From: Balanoglossus misakiensis
Taxonomy: Eukaryota; Animalia; Hemichordata
Assembly: GCA_040954595.2 (NCBI GenBank)
Contig: CM082584.2
Location: 5,212,110 to 5,276,109 of the forward strand
DNA length: 64,000 nucleotides
Reading direction: 5' to 3'
Under the pieces are notes generated by a model, which did no database searches, was not told where the DNA came from, and saw only the letters and a list, made by a program, of their open reading frames with translations. A program made the position numbers and the translations under genes. Below, one piece after another: positions 1 through 13,357 of the stretch. Position 1 is the stretch's first letter. The number at the start of each line of letters is the position of its first letter.

Positions 1-3000
1 TTGCTATGACAACGACAATGATGTGACCTTCAATCTCCAAGTTGTTGGTGTGACCATGGCAACAGAATTTGATGCAGTACCTATCACGCCAATCCCCATC
101 ATCCCCACAGCTCTGGCACGAAATCTGTCCGGTCCAATGAGTCTCAGCGATGTACAAGGCACTCCAAAGTCAGGGTGAGTCAACATAAGAGTAATTTGTA
201 TGTGCCACTGGTCAAATTTCTATCCTCAGTCTATGTCTGCACTGATGTATGGGTAACCATGAGTTTGGGGAAATCTTTGAGTAAGGGAAAGTGAAAGAAA
301 AATGACCCATTGAACATCAATCTCATTAACACACTAGGATGTATTTTGTAAACATAAATTGTAACGTTAATTTATTTTATATTTCAGATACATCACTATG
401 GATCAAACTCGAAAGTTGTTGCTTTTGCTGGAATCTGATCCCAAGGTCTACAATTTACCCTTAATTGGAATGTAAGTACCTCAACAGATTTCAGTGATTC
501 AGTTCAAAGTAAATGCATAACACTTGCCAAGTGCCGATATACCTGCCAAGTGTGTAGAACATTGACATTTCTCCCTGACAAAACACAACATCTTATTTTT
601 CAGTTGGTTGAGTGGTGTGGTCAGCATTGAGAATCCCTATGTTTGGGCTAGCTGTCTTCGATACATGTTCAACAGCAGTATTCAAGAGAGGTACAGTTGT
701 TTTATTTTCAACTTCACATCCAGTCTTCACACTGATTTTGTTCTTGACACATATTACATTATCTTCCTATTAAACATCTCTGATGCAGAGAATGAGTTAA
801 ACTCCACCTACCAATGATTCAGTAAGCTAAATAAAATAGCAATGTATGTTCTGATTGTGTTCCATTTGTGATTTTCAGAGTGTGCAGTGCCTCTCAAGGA
901 TTCCTGCTTGTCTTGTATTCACCAACTCACCTCAATCCAGAGTTTTATGAATGCAAGGCCAGGGATGACAAGCTTAGGTTCCAGCTTCATACGTGTGAAG
1001 AAAATCTGCATATGTTCAAGGTATGCATCTGATTCTGTGGTGTTTTTAATGTTTTATACACTTGTAAGGATGTGTCTGGTATTAGAAGAAGTTTTGACAA
1101 GATTATTTTGACAATGTAATCTAGATTCACAGCAGAACAAAAGGACAGATGAAGTCACAACCGTATTTCAGAATAACCACAGTAGTATTAAAAAAATATA
1201 ATAGGGGGGTATAAACTGTTCTGTTAAAATGTCCCAATGTGATTCCTGTATGCACTAAATATACACTTAACAATGTTTATTCTGATTTGATGAAAAACAT
1301 CACCGAGCATCTTCAATTCGGGCATTGCCAGTTCCGAGCCAACTAGATAATTCCTATCAGTATTACCATGTATTGAATTGTTGTATTCTGTATTTTTTTC
1401 TCCACAAAGCATGGTGATTCTCGTTCAAGACCTCCCACACAACTTGAGTTACAACAAGCCAGTGATGGTCTTCATCGATCCATCTTCACCCAGGCTATCA
1501 AACAAATGCCTCAGATAGAGTAAGTTGCATCTCACATTTCTTGTAATTATCTAATTTCTGATAGACACTATGTCCAAATTTATTATGCCAATCTGCTTGA
1601 CTATTGATTTTGTTGGTTGTTTATAACATCAAAATTCCCAAACTGATATGCCTTGTAGACATGGGTTTCAGTGCCCGAAAGATATTTGTAAGTGTAACAA
1701 AGTTCTACAGCTTTGAGTTAACAGTGCTTACAGTAATCTTTGAGTCAAATACATGTATGTATGATAAAAGATAATCAAATGTGAATTTAAAAATATAACT
1801 GTAAAATATTATGGTACCCAATTGTATATGTATGATGGAGCACAAGCAATGTTGATCGTATGTTACGAAAAGATGAGTTTTGTACAAAATGACTGATACT
1901 GAGATGGCTGTATTTTTGATTTGTACTTTCAGGTCCAGTCCAGCTCTACCTCCAGAGATCCAGTTACAAAGAATGTTTCCTGGAAATGCCAATAATTCCA
2001 TGGAAGAAGAAGAGGAAGCTAACAGTTCCCTTCCCAGACCCTCACCAAGTCCCCATCCGCTGGCTGATAAGGTAAAAGCTTGGCACTTTCAAATACATGG
2101 TGATTAAATCTACCCCGTACCCCTATCTCAAATTGACTTTTATATTTCAATGGACAAATGTAACAAGCAGTCATATATCTCATAGTGAGTGAGTGCAGTC
2201 ACATGACAGGACTGGAAACTAATATCGTGAAAGTAATGTGAAAAGACACACTTTTTATTGGTGATCTTGTTTTATCTCTTACCACTAGTCACCAAGTGTC
2301 AAGCCGTCAGTGCCAGAATTGTCCTTTATATTTGACGAAAGCTTTTTGGAACAACTGCCAACATCAAACAACAGCCACTCAACACCAGCCAAAGATATCA
2401 CCAGCAACAAGATGCCACAACCCGATATCACATCGCAGGAAAATAGTCCCTATTATCAGAACAGAGGCAAAGGTCAAAGTATCGTGCCACGACAAATGCC
2501 AGGAAAACAGTCTCCGGCAGTTATGGGTGAGAATACTGGCCGACCTGGTCCTCTACGGCCGTTGAATATTGATTTCAATCACTCCCAGTCGACGTTGTCG
2601 CCAAGCCCCGTTGCGCCACAACAGATGAGGAATCCACGAGGGATGTCACCGCGACCCGCCATGTCACCTCGACCCGCCATGGCAAACAGACCGAACAACA
2701 GACCTATGCAGCCAGCACCGGCTAATCAACAAGGACCACCAAGGCCAATGAACTTCCAACCGCAACACAGACCGCAGTCGTCCGGTTATCAGCAACCGCC
2801 GCAGCAGTTTGTCAATTACCAGCAGCAACATCAGCAGCAGCAGCAGGCACCGAATGTCAACAACCGGCAGATGCAGCAACCACCGCACCAGTTCCAGCAG
2901 CAACCACCACCCCACTCGCAGCCACCGCAACCACCGTACCAACAACAGATGAACTACAGGCCACCAGCACCCAACCCCGTCAACTACAGCAGCGGTCAAA

Positions 3001-6000
3001 GCTACGGCGGATATCGTCCTCCCGTCAACCCACGGATGCAGGTAAATGGACCTGTTGTTAGTAGTCATGGAAACAGACCTGTACCCAATTATGGCAATAG
3101 ACATCCTCCGCCGCTGCCATCGCCAATGAATATTGATAACATGAGAGCCAATCAGTATGGACCAGGGGTGCAGCCAGGTGTACAAGTTCAACATGCTAAC
3201 AGTGTCGCCACTAATGCTTCTAACAACAACCAGCTACCCACACAGCCAAACCAGTGTATAAATCCAAACACACAGAAACAATGCAGAACTCAGGGCAACT
3301 ATGGCAATGTCTCTCCACCACAGACAACCAGAAACTCCCCGCCCCAGAGGAGGTTCACCCCACCCAAGGGCAGGCCGCCCACGCCCACCATCCTCTCCAA
3401 CGGCGAAGTGTGGAAGCCCAACCAGCCGCAGCAGCAGCAGAAACCGAGACTGCCACAGCCGCAGCAAGGCTTCCCACAGAACAGGAACGGATCGCCACCG
3501 AGTCACCCGGCCACTCCAAGGAGATCGAGTCTCAGCACAGACACCACACTGTCGTCGGATGCCTACAGATTGCTAATGGAACAGGACAAACAGTTGAAAC
3601 TGTTACAGTCTCAGGTATGTAGATACAAACATGTCCTTATACGGTCACATGGAAAATTAGCTATATAGTGGCAAATTGAGATCTAGCCAATCACAGATTT
3701 TCAGTGGGTGGCACATGCGAAAAAAGTGCGCCACCTGTGACCATATGTTCTTTAGGACACTCAAATACACTTTTTCAGCCATATATGAGCATATTTAAAT
3801 TGGGGGTGACTGTATACCTTTGAGAGATGTGATTAACATATATATATTTTTTTCTCTGCAGATTCAGTTGCTACTGAATGCCCAGACAAAGTTCGACAAC
3901 GCTGGCACACCATCCAACCAATCCTACAGTACCTTGACGCCACCAGTCACGCCCAACGTCACCCCGCCCGACAGTCTGTACAAGGCGCCTCAACAGCGAG
4001 CGTTCAAGGCCTGCGACATAGCCACATCGCCCATGAACTTCCACCCCAAGTTCGCCACCGCAGCCATGGCAACAAACACGGGCCCCAGCTTGTTGGTGTC
4101 GCCCGTGTCGTCGAGGGCAACCATGGATGTCAGTCAGAGTGAGATGTCCAGCTGTAGTTCGCAGATGACCAGCAAGATGTTCGATATGAGTGGCACCTTC
4201 GCCTTGCCGAACGCACAAGAGCACAGTGAGAGTGTCATGTCTCCAATAGTTGCTGTGGATCTGCAAAGTTTTGTTGAGAGCAGCACCCATACCCAACAAA
4301 GGTGAGAAAACATATCTACAAGTCATGTGAGAAATACCAAATTGGTCTAATAGGCATGAACTCTTTTCATATAATATTATATATTCATGAGATGCAAAAA
4401 AGTCGCCATGTGTTCTGATCATTTGCATAAATTTCTCTGAAAAATGTGGGACATTTATAGTGCAGATAATCAGATTAGTCCAGGCTGTGTTGTTTCATTT
4501 CAATTGCTTCCATGAAACACTGCGCACATGCTTGATTATGCAAGTCTAAAACGACAGCTGGTGGTCAGCCAGGCTATGTTACTGGGCCAAGGCCTGACAT
4601 TGAGGATGCAAATGTTTTCCCCTGATGTCAGAATTATTTTTCTTTACCAGACTAGCACATTGGTCATATTGAAACTGACAGAAACACACTGCTATTATAG
4701 TCTAAATGTCAGTTATACATGTACGTGTATTTTCACGATACAAAAACTGTTCCTAATTTAGTAAAGATAGGCTGTACATTACTGATATAGCTGTATGCTG
4801 AAGACAGCTGTATGCTGTTGCCCTCATGACCAGTCAGTGTGTGTGTACTGAATTTCCATTGTTTGTTGTAACATATGTTTAGTGTTTAACATTCTGCCTG
4901 CCAATTGTCATGGTAACGACACATGATTGATAAATCTACAGTGCAGATTTCATCATCATTTTTATTTGATTTCTGTCAACAGAATGAATAGTTCATCGAC
5001 AGACAGCTTCAATCACAGCAACATTTTGAATGACAGCAATTTGCAAACTCCCGTCTTCGGAGAAAGTGCCAGTATGCATCTGGACCAACAAAGGGAACGT
5101 GAAAAACAACAGGCAATGAGGGATGGAGATGGTAACCAAGGCAACTGTGAAAACAGCTTGCTGGCCAAAGATGAAAATAAATTCTATCAACAAGTGTTGG
5201 TAGGTATATTCATGTACCTATGGTAATGTCAAAGTGACAAAATGAAACTGTTTTTACACTATTGGTATTTACAATGATATTTAGATACTTGTTTACATTA
5301 GTATCAATCAAATTTGCTACCTAATACATGTAGTTTAATTTTCTGAAATTTAGCCTAAAATGTGGGCAAGAAAAAGAAAGTCAAGCCTGCTTCTTCACCC
5401 CTTTTCATCCTTCATTCATTTTCAAGAGTAGAATTAAAGTGTTCACCATGGGAACATTAACATCTATACAGTTGTACAATCTCCACAGGGTTAAGCACAT
5501 AGCTACATGTGAATTGGCAATGGCCAATTTCAAATCGGAGAAAATATTGTTCAATGTGAGCTGTTGACACAAACACAAACAACCAAAGAAAATAATCTTT
5601 GTCAAATCTAATAAATTTTTGCTCTATTTGATTTTCAGGGTCAAGTGAACCAGCTTTTACTGAACTCTTCAGAGAAATCCAGCGAGAGTATGTGCAGCGT
5701 TCAAAACAGCGATTATCACCAGAGTGATACAAAGAGCATTATGGACAGTAGTGTAGAGTTGAAGACACCAGATAAAAGTGATCTGTCCAAATTGGGAATG
5801 TCGTTTGATGACAGTCAGTTGATACCCACCAAAGGATCACCAGAATTCGACAGGTAATTTTTTTTTTATAGTGAATCACAACCATTTGGATCTTGAAGCT
5901 ACTGGTTCGAACTGTTAAATTTACTTCAATGATCCATTTTGACCCTGAGGTCAACAGAATCAGACAACACCAATGGATAGTGTTTAATTTATTCATGAGT

Positions 6001-6986
6001 CTTGCTAGTGTGTATATGCAGACAACACTGGTCATTTTGCCAGATACACTGTACATGTATTATCGATAAAATAAATTAAGAACATAAGTTCAAAGGTCAT
6101 TACTAGCACTAGAAATACAGCTTTTTCCACATTTCTGTACAAAAGCAATTGCATTACCACTGGTGTGTTGTTTGGTATAATGTTGTACTTCACCAAAAGG
6201 CTAAATTGAATAAATAAGTAAAACACACCAGGAAAGTTTGTACAGTCCACCCCTGTTATATTTAACTCAGAAATCTTCTTTTCAACTTTCAGATATAGTT
6301 CGGTGCTTGGTGACTATATTCCGCGCATCAACTACACATCAATGAACGAAATCACCATGGACGGCGCTGATTTGAGTTTTGAAGCCAACGCCATCGCCAT
6401 GAAATACCTCTCTGACAAACAGCTGACTAAGTTATCGCATCACATGGGCCAACAGAGACAGGGCACGCCGCATGACAAGCTGTTGCAAACTGTTCTCACC
6501 AAAGCTGCTGAAGACAAAACCCTGCTGGGTTCTTCCACCATATATGATAGTTCCCCCGTCAATATGTCGCTGGCTAGCAAGAAGTACCTGGAGAAGTACG
6601 GCCTGTTGGACAAGTCCGGCAGCTGCACGACCGTCCTGGACAAGTCCGGGGGCTGCACCACTATCCAGGAAGTCAGCATCTGCCAGAGGTGCGGGGAGGA
6701 GGTGAACAACAGCCCGCAGCACAGGCGCATCTGTTACAGTCCCCCGTCCAGGGACATCAGCTGTAGGACCCCCAGTACGACGCCGGAACCGTGCGTACAG
6801 TGCCAGTCGCCCTGCGAGCACAGCACAGAATCTACTCCGTGCCCTCAGTGCCAGCCCCCATGCACTCACCGAGTTCTCTCGTTCTCCCAAACATCCAACA
6901 AAACCACGTCCAGCCATTCCTCCAGTGGCAACAGTAATAACGTGTTGGACTTGAAGAAAATACGCGAATTGCCAAAACTTCTGTAA
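1..6986 (+). CDS. STIL: SCL/TAL1-interrupting locus protein (centriole duplication factor), 5'-truncated by the window; 11 exons visible
   Basis: Exons: <1-174, 388-471, 604-690, 879-1020, 1410-1519, 1933-2071, 2289-3614, 3862-4301, 4983-5199, 5639-5853, 6293-6986 (TAA). All introns are GT-AG and phases are consistent. Motifs: [40 protein letters not shown]-binding [12 protein letters not shown]4-binding coiled coil [28 protein letters not shown] motif [31 protein letters not shown]-terminal TIM motif [13 protein letters not shown]. Confidence 0.95.
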
Positions 6987-7384
6987 ATATTAACATTATT
7001 TGTACAAGAACACTCCTATTATCATTATGTACATAGCTTTATAAACATTAATTCCTTGCATAGATATTAGTTTAAAAATGTGATATTTGATATGAATGAA
7101 TTTGTGGTGATTTCACACCATTTTTTTGGTGTAAACCAAATCAGTCTGATTACTCTTTATGTTATATATTTTCTACTGCACACATTGATATAACACATTT
7201 TTGAACACCGATTTTACAGAAAATATACAGCAAAGATTATAAAATTATGATAGATATTTAAATTTGTATTGATTCTTTTTCAGGTTTATGTTGTTTTTAT
7301 GTAAAGATCTAGTTCTCAGCATAATGTAATGAATCATTATAATTTTGAAATGAATTTGTATGAAAAATTAATAGTTGTCATGTA

Positions 7385-7390
7385 AATAAA
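7385..7390 (+). promoter_or_regulatory. Putative polyadenylation signal of STIL
   Basis: AATAAA about 400 bp after the STIL stop, followed by a GT/T-rich tract. Confidence 0.5.
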
Positions 7391-7799
7391 ATACTACTTT
7401 TTGTTTAATTTGTCGTGTTTGTTCTGAGTCACTGCTTGGTTTGAAGTACGGTATTCACTGTAATCCATATGACAGCATTTTGCGTTTGTTTATTAGTCAG
7501 ATTTGTCAAAATTGTGGGGATGCAGTTTCATACCTGAATTATTCAAAAGTCATATCTCCCACAGTGCTTGTCACAATATCACGGTCACCTCATGTTTGTT
7601 ATTGACTTGAAGTGATTGTCGATTAATACAAAATATAATGCCATGAAAGCCAATTTTAACAAGATTGTACAATCGGTAAAATTGAAATGATTGTCACAGG
7701 CCAAGTACATGTATGTACATTGTATTATCATTTCTTCCGAACCCCCCTGAATATCAAATGGTCCAACCCTAAGCCAGCCAGGCAGATTTTCGAAATTCA

Positions 7800-7930
7800 T
7801 TCTGTGCGCATGCCCAACGACCTCTAACCTCAGTTAAAAACGAAAGAGATCGGCCAACGCGGCAGTCAGTGAAGTTTTATGCCGGGGATCGGTTGGTCGA
7901 TGCGGATGTGAAAAGCACTGATTGTATAAG
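7800..7930 (+). promoter_or_regulatory. Putative CMPK1 promoter and non-coding first exon
   Basis: CpG-containing patch with an NRF1-like TGCGCATGCCCA (7805-7816) and a donor AAG|GTATGC at 7930/7931. It can splice to the acceptor CAG at 8841-8843 upstream of the CMPK1 ATG. Confidence 0.45.
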
Positions 7931-8394
7931 GTATGCATTATCTTATTTAATTTAAAATAAATAGATTGGTAATATCCGTTCTATCCCCACCGCAGTTGCT
8001 AATATCTGATCGTTTCATATCCGATTACACTGCTCAGATTTAGTTTGATCCACGCTTACCGATTTCATAGTGTTGTCATTAGCACATTGACACGTATTCA
8101 GTATAACTGTCCGACATCGCGACAACTCATTTGTACTGGTGACATAATAGTTTAGTACAGATGACATGATTGGGAATGTGAAAGTACCGTTCTTTGAGCT
8201 CGAGGCTGGTTTTGCACGGGGGAAGAGCCGGGGAGCCGGACAGCAAAACATGACTTCCGCGGTGCCTGGCACCGGCACAGGATTCTCACTAGCTGTGGTC
8301 TGATTCAGGCCACCCGGCAGTGTGATTCCGATGCCTGTGGTGCCTGTTACAGAGGCAGTGTGTGTGTGTGTGTGAGGGGGGGGGGGGATTTCCC

Positions 8395-8787
8395 CAGTGT
8401 TCGAAATTCATAGGAAATATCAACCAGTCACCAGGACTGAAAAGTTGCCAGTCCTGCCAAAAACTTACCAGTCCTGATATTATGCCTTACAATTAAATGT
8501 AAATCAAATACAACTGAGAAGATATTACCTTATCTGTGAACAATTGAAGATGGGATGGAATCATATTTCTCTTAACATTACTTTGATTTGATAATTTTCA
8601 AGCTTTTACATCATTGTTTCTTTTATTTGCAATACATGAACTGGGGAAAGTCTAAAAGATGCCATGATACCACTGGTTAACTCCCATGTTTCAACCTGTC
8701 TGTCAGACTGGTAACATTTTATTTTTACCAGTCCTACAGAAAAACAACCAGTCTCGGACTGTCGGACAGGCTTTATTTCGTACACTG
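8395..8787. mobile_element. hAT-like MITE in the putative CMPK1 intron 1
   Basis: Terminal inverted repeats CAGTGTTCGAAAT ... ATTTCGTACACTG (1 mismatch) with internal ACCAGTC/GACTG repeats. No clear TSD. Confidence 0.65.
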
Positions 8788-8901
8788 GGGGAATGGAGAA
8801 AAAATTCAGCATTCAAAGTGCAGTCTTTTTTTCAATTTCACAGACAATCTCAAACAGTCAACCTGACAGGTCTACGCTATTTCATCAGACATCTGGCTAC
8901 C

Positions 8902-11465
8902 ATGGCAACAGAAAAACCTAATGTTATATTTGTATTAGGGGCGCCTGGAGCTGGTAAAGGCACACAATGTGAAAAAATTGTGGAAGTGAGTAAAACATAA
9001 TCTTTGTTTTATATATACCTATACACAGATGGATTGATGGATTGTGTGTTTGTATACATGTATATGTACATGCTCTAATAGCCAAGCACCCATCTTCAAT
9101 TCTTGTATCATATGGATGGATGGATTAGTGTATGTGATGTAGTTTACGTCTATACTGGTACATCTGAATAAATAACCAAATAAATCAAAATGTCTGCTTA
9201 CTACTTGTGCATGATATGTGCTGTACAGCACATATCATGCAAAGAGGTCATGCAGTTTTGTCGACTCATAATGTCAAAAGTATAACTTGCAATTGATTTA
9301 TCTCTCACAGAAATTCAAATATGTGCATTTATCTGCGGGAGAGTTACTGAGAGCAGAACGACGGAAAGAGAAGTCGGAATATAAAGATTTGATTGAAACA
9401 TATATCAAGGATGGGAGAATTGTGCCTGTGGCTATTACCTGTAGTTTGCTTGAACAGGTAAGTTTTGATTTTATGAATTCTTCTCAACGCTTCAGTGAGC
9501 TTTCTTAGTGGAGCTTCTTACTCAGTTTCTTTATTTGTGACTATGATACACATATATTTGTGTGTAATGATGGATGGATGGGTGTATGGTTGTATGTGTG
9601 ATATAACATTTAGAAGGTATATTGTGTTGGTACTACAGCTGCAGTTTTAGTCAATATCTTTATCGGGTTTGCTCAAAATTCTAATACTAGTAATGTGTTC
9701 TCCAAAAGATCACATGGCACATTCCCCCTCCCCCCACAATAGTTATGATGACTTGTGTAGAAAACCTCTTGTAGACATCCATTATAAGTGAGTGACTCGT
9801 GAAAATGGGTTTTACGTTTGACATGGGCTTGTGGTTCACAAGGTATGAGAGGTGGTGTGATGACAATAGAGATAAATTGGTCAAATTTAACAAACCTACA
9901 GGCCATGAAGGAAGCAATGCAGGCTGGCAAGGGTGCTAACTTTGTGATCGATGGATTCCCGAGAAATGAAGATAATTTAACCGGTTGGAATAAACAGATG
10001 GGTGACAAAAGTCACTTGAAATTTGTTCTGTTCTTTGATTGCCCAGAAGAGGTAAGACTGAATTTTGAAAGGGTGGTAGCTGTAACTTTTCATGCTACTT
10101 TCAGATTTTTATCTTGTGCAGAAACTACAGTTTCTCGGTGTAACTCCCAGTGTCTTTGAAATGACTTCATACATGAAAAGCAAATTCCCCATTCAGTCAT
10201 TGACAAGCAAAATATTGCCCTGCCAAATTATGCAATACTATACTCCTACACATGAGATTAAACACTCATTTAAATGCATTTCTTCTGTGTGTATGACCTT
10301 GCAGAGAAAAAAACCCAGCCAGTCATCACTATTCAATTTTGTAAACCTGTTTTCAGTAAGAGCAAAACATGTGTGAGATGTCTGTAGTGGTTATCCTGAC
10401 ATTGGTTTGTGTTCATTCTTTCATTTGAAGGTTTGTGTTCAAAGATGTCTTGGAAGAGGAGCAGCTGGAAGTGGTCGGGATGACGACAATATAGAATCTT
10501 TGAAGAAAAGGTAAAATTATAAGATACGGTGGAAATCAGGCAGATTGTGCTAACTCCGGAATCTTGGCCAGTTTTGTTCCAAAGCAATTGCTGCTGTTTT
10601 GACCAAAATTGAAGGAATACACCACATGATATGAAAAAGACACAACCACTACTGGATACAGTAAATGTTTTAACCCCGTTTGAACATAGACCCGGGATAT
10701 GTGGTTTCAACTGCTTTTCGTGTTTGTTTTTGCAGTGCAAGTGCAGATCTCAACCTCTATACTTTGCCAGTTCACATTAGACCAAACTGGTAACAAATGC
10801 ATCTAAGAACTGAATAATCTCTGTGACATTATTTTTAGAGTTTGAATTATAGCACATGTAAAACTTTCTTATTTTGATTTAGATTCTAGAAGAATGAGAT
10901 TCTTTGAGGGCATACTGCCTGGACATATTCTAATTGACTTCATGTTAATTTCTGATTTCAGATTTGAAACATATGTTAGCTCAACCAGACCGATCATTGA
11001 CCACTATGCAAAGAGTGATTTGGTGAAGACTGTTGATGGTTCTAAAAGTGCAGATGAGGTGAGTCCTACAGTGGACATCTTTTTGACTTTATATTTATCT
11101 ACAGTGGGTTTGGAATGAAGTATTCAAAAGTTGACCTTTCAGCTTCTTGTCCTCGTCTTGTTATATGTTTTTTCAAGAGACAGAATTTAAACTGTTTAAT
11201 TGTCATGTATAGCTGTACTTTATTTTGCTGTCTTATCTATGTTAAATTTCTGTAACCCCCTTGCATATGGGCTGGTGGCCTTGGAATGCAATAAACGATT
11301 GATTGATTGTTATATGTGTATTTAACGTGAAATATTGCCATCGAGTCACAATTTAAAATGGACATTTTCAATGGTGTTTGTTATTTTTTTTCTTCAAAAA
11401 AATGATGATTTGATTATATTACTTTCCAGGTTTTTGGTGCTGTCTCACAATTGTTCTCCTCCTAG
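8902..11465 (+). CDS. CMPK1: UMP-CMP kinase (adenylate kinase family), 6 coding exons, 197 aa
   Basis: Exons 8902-8985, 9311-9457, 9902-10051, 10431-10510, 10962-11058, 11430-11465 total 594 nt. Motifs: P-loop [54 protein letters not shown]. Confidence 0.96.
11170..11308 (+). mobile_element. Probable 3' end of a non-LTR retrotransposon (CR1/L2-like tail)
   Basis: T-rich tract, a short GC-rich patch, then AATAAAC followed directly by (GATT)3, the usual CR1/L2-type 3' end layout. The left boundary is uncertain. Confidence 0.4.
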
Positions 11466-12574
11466 CTGCCAATATACGCCTCAAGAAATCTGTGTCATAA
11501 AGCTCCCACCTCAGAAATGTAACTTCCAGAATTCCCAGAAGCATCTGAAGAATTTGTTTTATAATTGTGTAGTTTTAAAAGCAATTGGACATTTTGAATG
11601 AACATATATGAAATCATATCCTTTCAATTAAGGTACAGACTTTGTCAACTTTTCCTGTGGTTTCAAAATGTTACTTTTACTTTTGTTCTGAAAGACAAAC
11701 ACCAAGAATGAATTTTCTTATTCTCTGAACTCTCAGACAATGCAGGATTCTATGAACTGGTATTTTCTTTCTCTTTGTATGGCACTGTGTTATAACATGC
11801 CTCATGCTCATGCTGTGTTGTGATTTGCTAGAATTGGTCACATGATAGGAAAATGTAATGGTTATTCCCCTAGGGAAATAGTCAAACCAACTATTACCCA
11901 GTCACACGACTAATGTGAGTTCATATGTACATGTGCATGGGTTGTGTTAAAAAACACATATTTCCTGGCCTTTTTTCGAGGTATGTTATCAAGACGCAGG
12001 ATATAGAGACAAATCAAATATTCAGAATATTCCATTTTGTAAATACTCCCAATAATGAAGCAAGTTTTGTCTGGGCTCCATATTATCACAAATGTATATT
12101 GTTCTATAAGAGTTTAAACTGTGGTCATACTGTTTGAAGATCTCCATAGAGACGCACAAGTTGAAATATTTCTATGCTGAAGTGGCATATTTTTTCCTGA
12201 AATATCACAGCTCATGGACCTGAACGTCTTTCGATTTGCACACACGTATAATATAAATACAATGCTTGGAGAATATACAGTGTGCATGTAATTGAAAATC
12301 TATTATTTAGGAGGGATCATGGGTGTGTATTACAGTCTGTCTGGGACTATATCTGCTAGCTACATGTAGATGAATATGATACATTGCAAAATATCTACTA
12401 ATTTAAACCTTTGAGTGTTAAAGCTTTGTTGTCAATTTGGTGCATTTTACAATCATTTAAAATAACAACAAAAAATGACTTCCACTTAATGACCGGTATT
12501 GAGACAGGTTGAATTATATATCAGTCTTCAGAACATTTCTCTGGCCCTATTTGCATTATTAGGTGGTATACATT

Positions 12575-12588
12575 GTTTCCATGGAAAC
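12575..12588. promoter_or_regulatory. Perfect palindromic X-box (RFX site) GTTTCCATGGAAAC
   Basis: Matches the RFX X-box. It lies downstream of the CMPK1 stop (probable 3' UTR), about 770 bp upstream of the transposase-derived ORF. Confidence 0.45.
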
Positions 12589-13357
12589 ATGTCATAATTA
12601 TTTGTGACCATTGTTCATGGTATTTCTACAAGTAGGGCGAAAAGTCGAATAATCATTGAATATGCTATGTGCATGTGACCCATTTAATCAGGGAATTCTA
12701 TGGGAGGTGACAGAAATATCACTCTGGTTTGATCTCAGTTTTATCTTTTATTCTTTATCACAACTGTATCTGTCAGTATGACTTCAAACTTTTTTTTTGT
12801 TTTGTAACATTGAAGTGAGAATAAAATGGCAGCCACTCTGTGCAATCAATTTGAGTCTATAGCAGCCTTGTGGTCTTTTAACATAAAGATTAAAACGACA
12901 ACTTCAAATGCACAAGATCTACATAACCATCACTGTACACACTCCTTTATCATGTACACTTGTTAACAGTCAAACATTTGTAAAACTCATGGGGCATGTT
13001 TTCTAAAACAGATTTCACCATAAAATGTCACTAATTCATGAAAGCTTATTTATAACGAAAGTGAAAGATGTTACATTGAAAAGTCTGTGTGTCTTGAACA
13101 GGGCACTGTAATGGAACGAGAGGGGTTTGAAAGTTTCTGATTTGTACACTGTCAGTTACTAAGCTATTTTGTCTGCAGCTAAGAGTAGTATAATTTGTAG
13201 ACTCAAAAGATAGACAGCCAACAATGAGGCCCATTTCATTTACTCTAATTGTGATGGGGGCGCTGTTCTTGGCCCGGGAACGACCGACGAGAGCGGGCTT
13301 CCAACTATGGCTGCCCAAGATTAAGAACCAGCAGGCGTGCATGTTTTTCGTATCGAC

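Noticed and set aside
2296-4428. Long alternative-frame and antisense ORFs over the STIL Q/P-rich exons
   Set aside because: Shadow ORFs of GC-rich low-complexity coding sequence with no recognisable motifs.
8899-8910. X-box-like CCATGGCAAC at the CMPK1 start and in STIL, TAX1BP3, NDC1 and SGNH exons
   Set aside because: Explained by coding sequence (e.g. Thr/Ala-Met-Ala-Thr codons), so not counted as regulatory.
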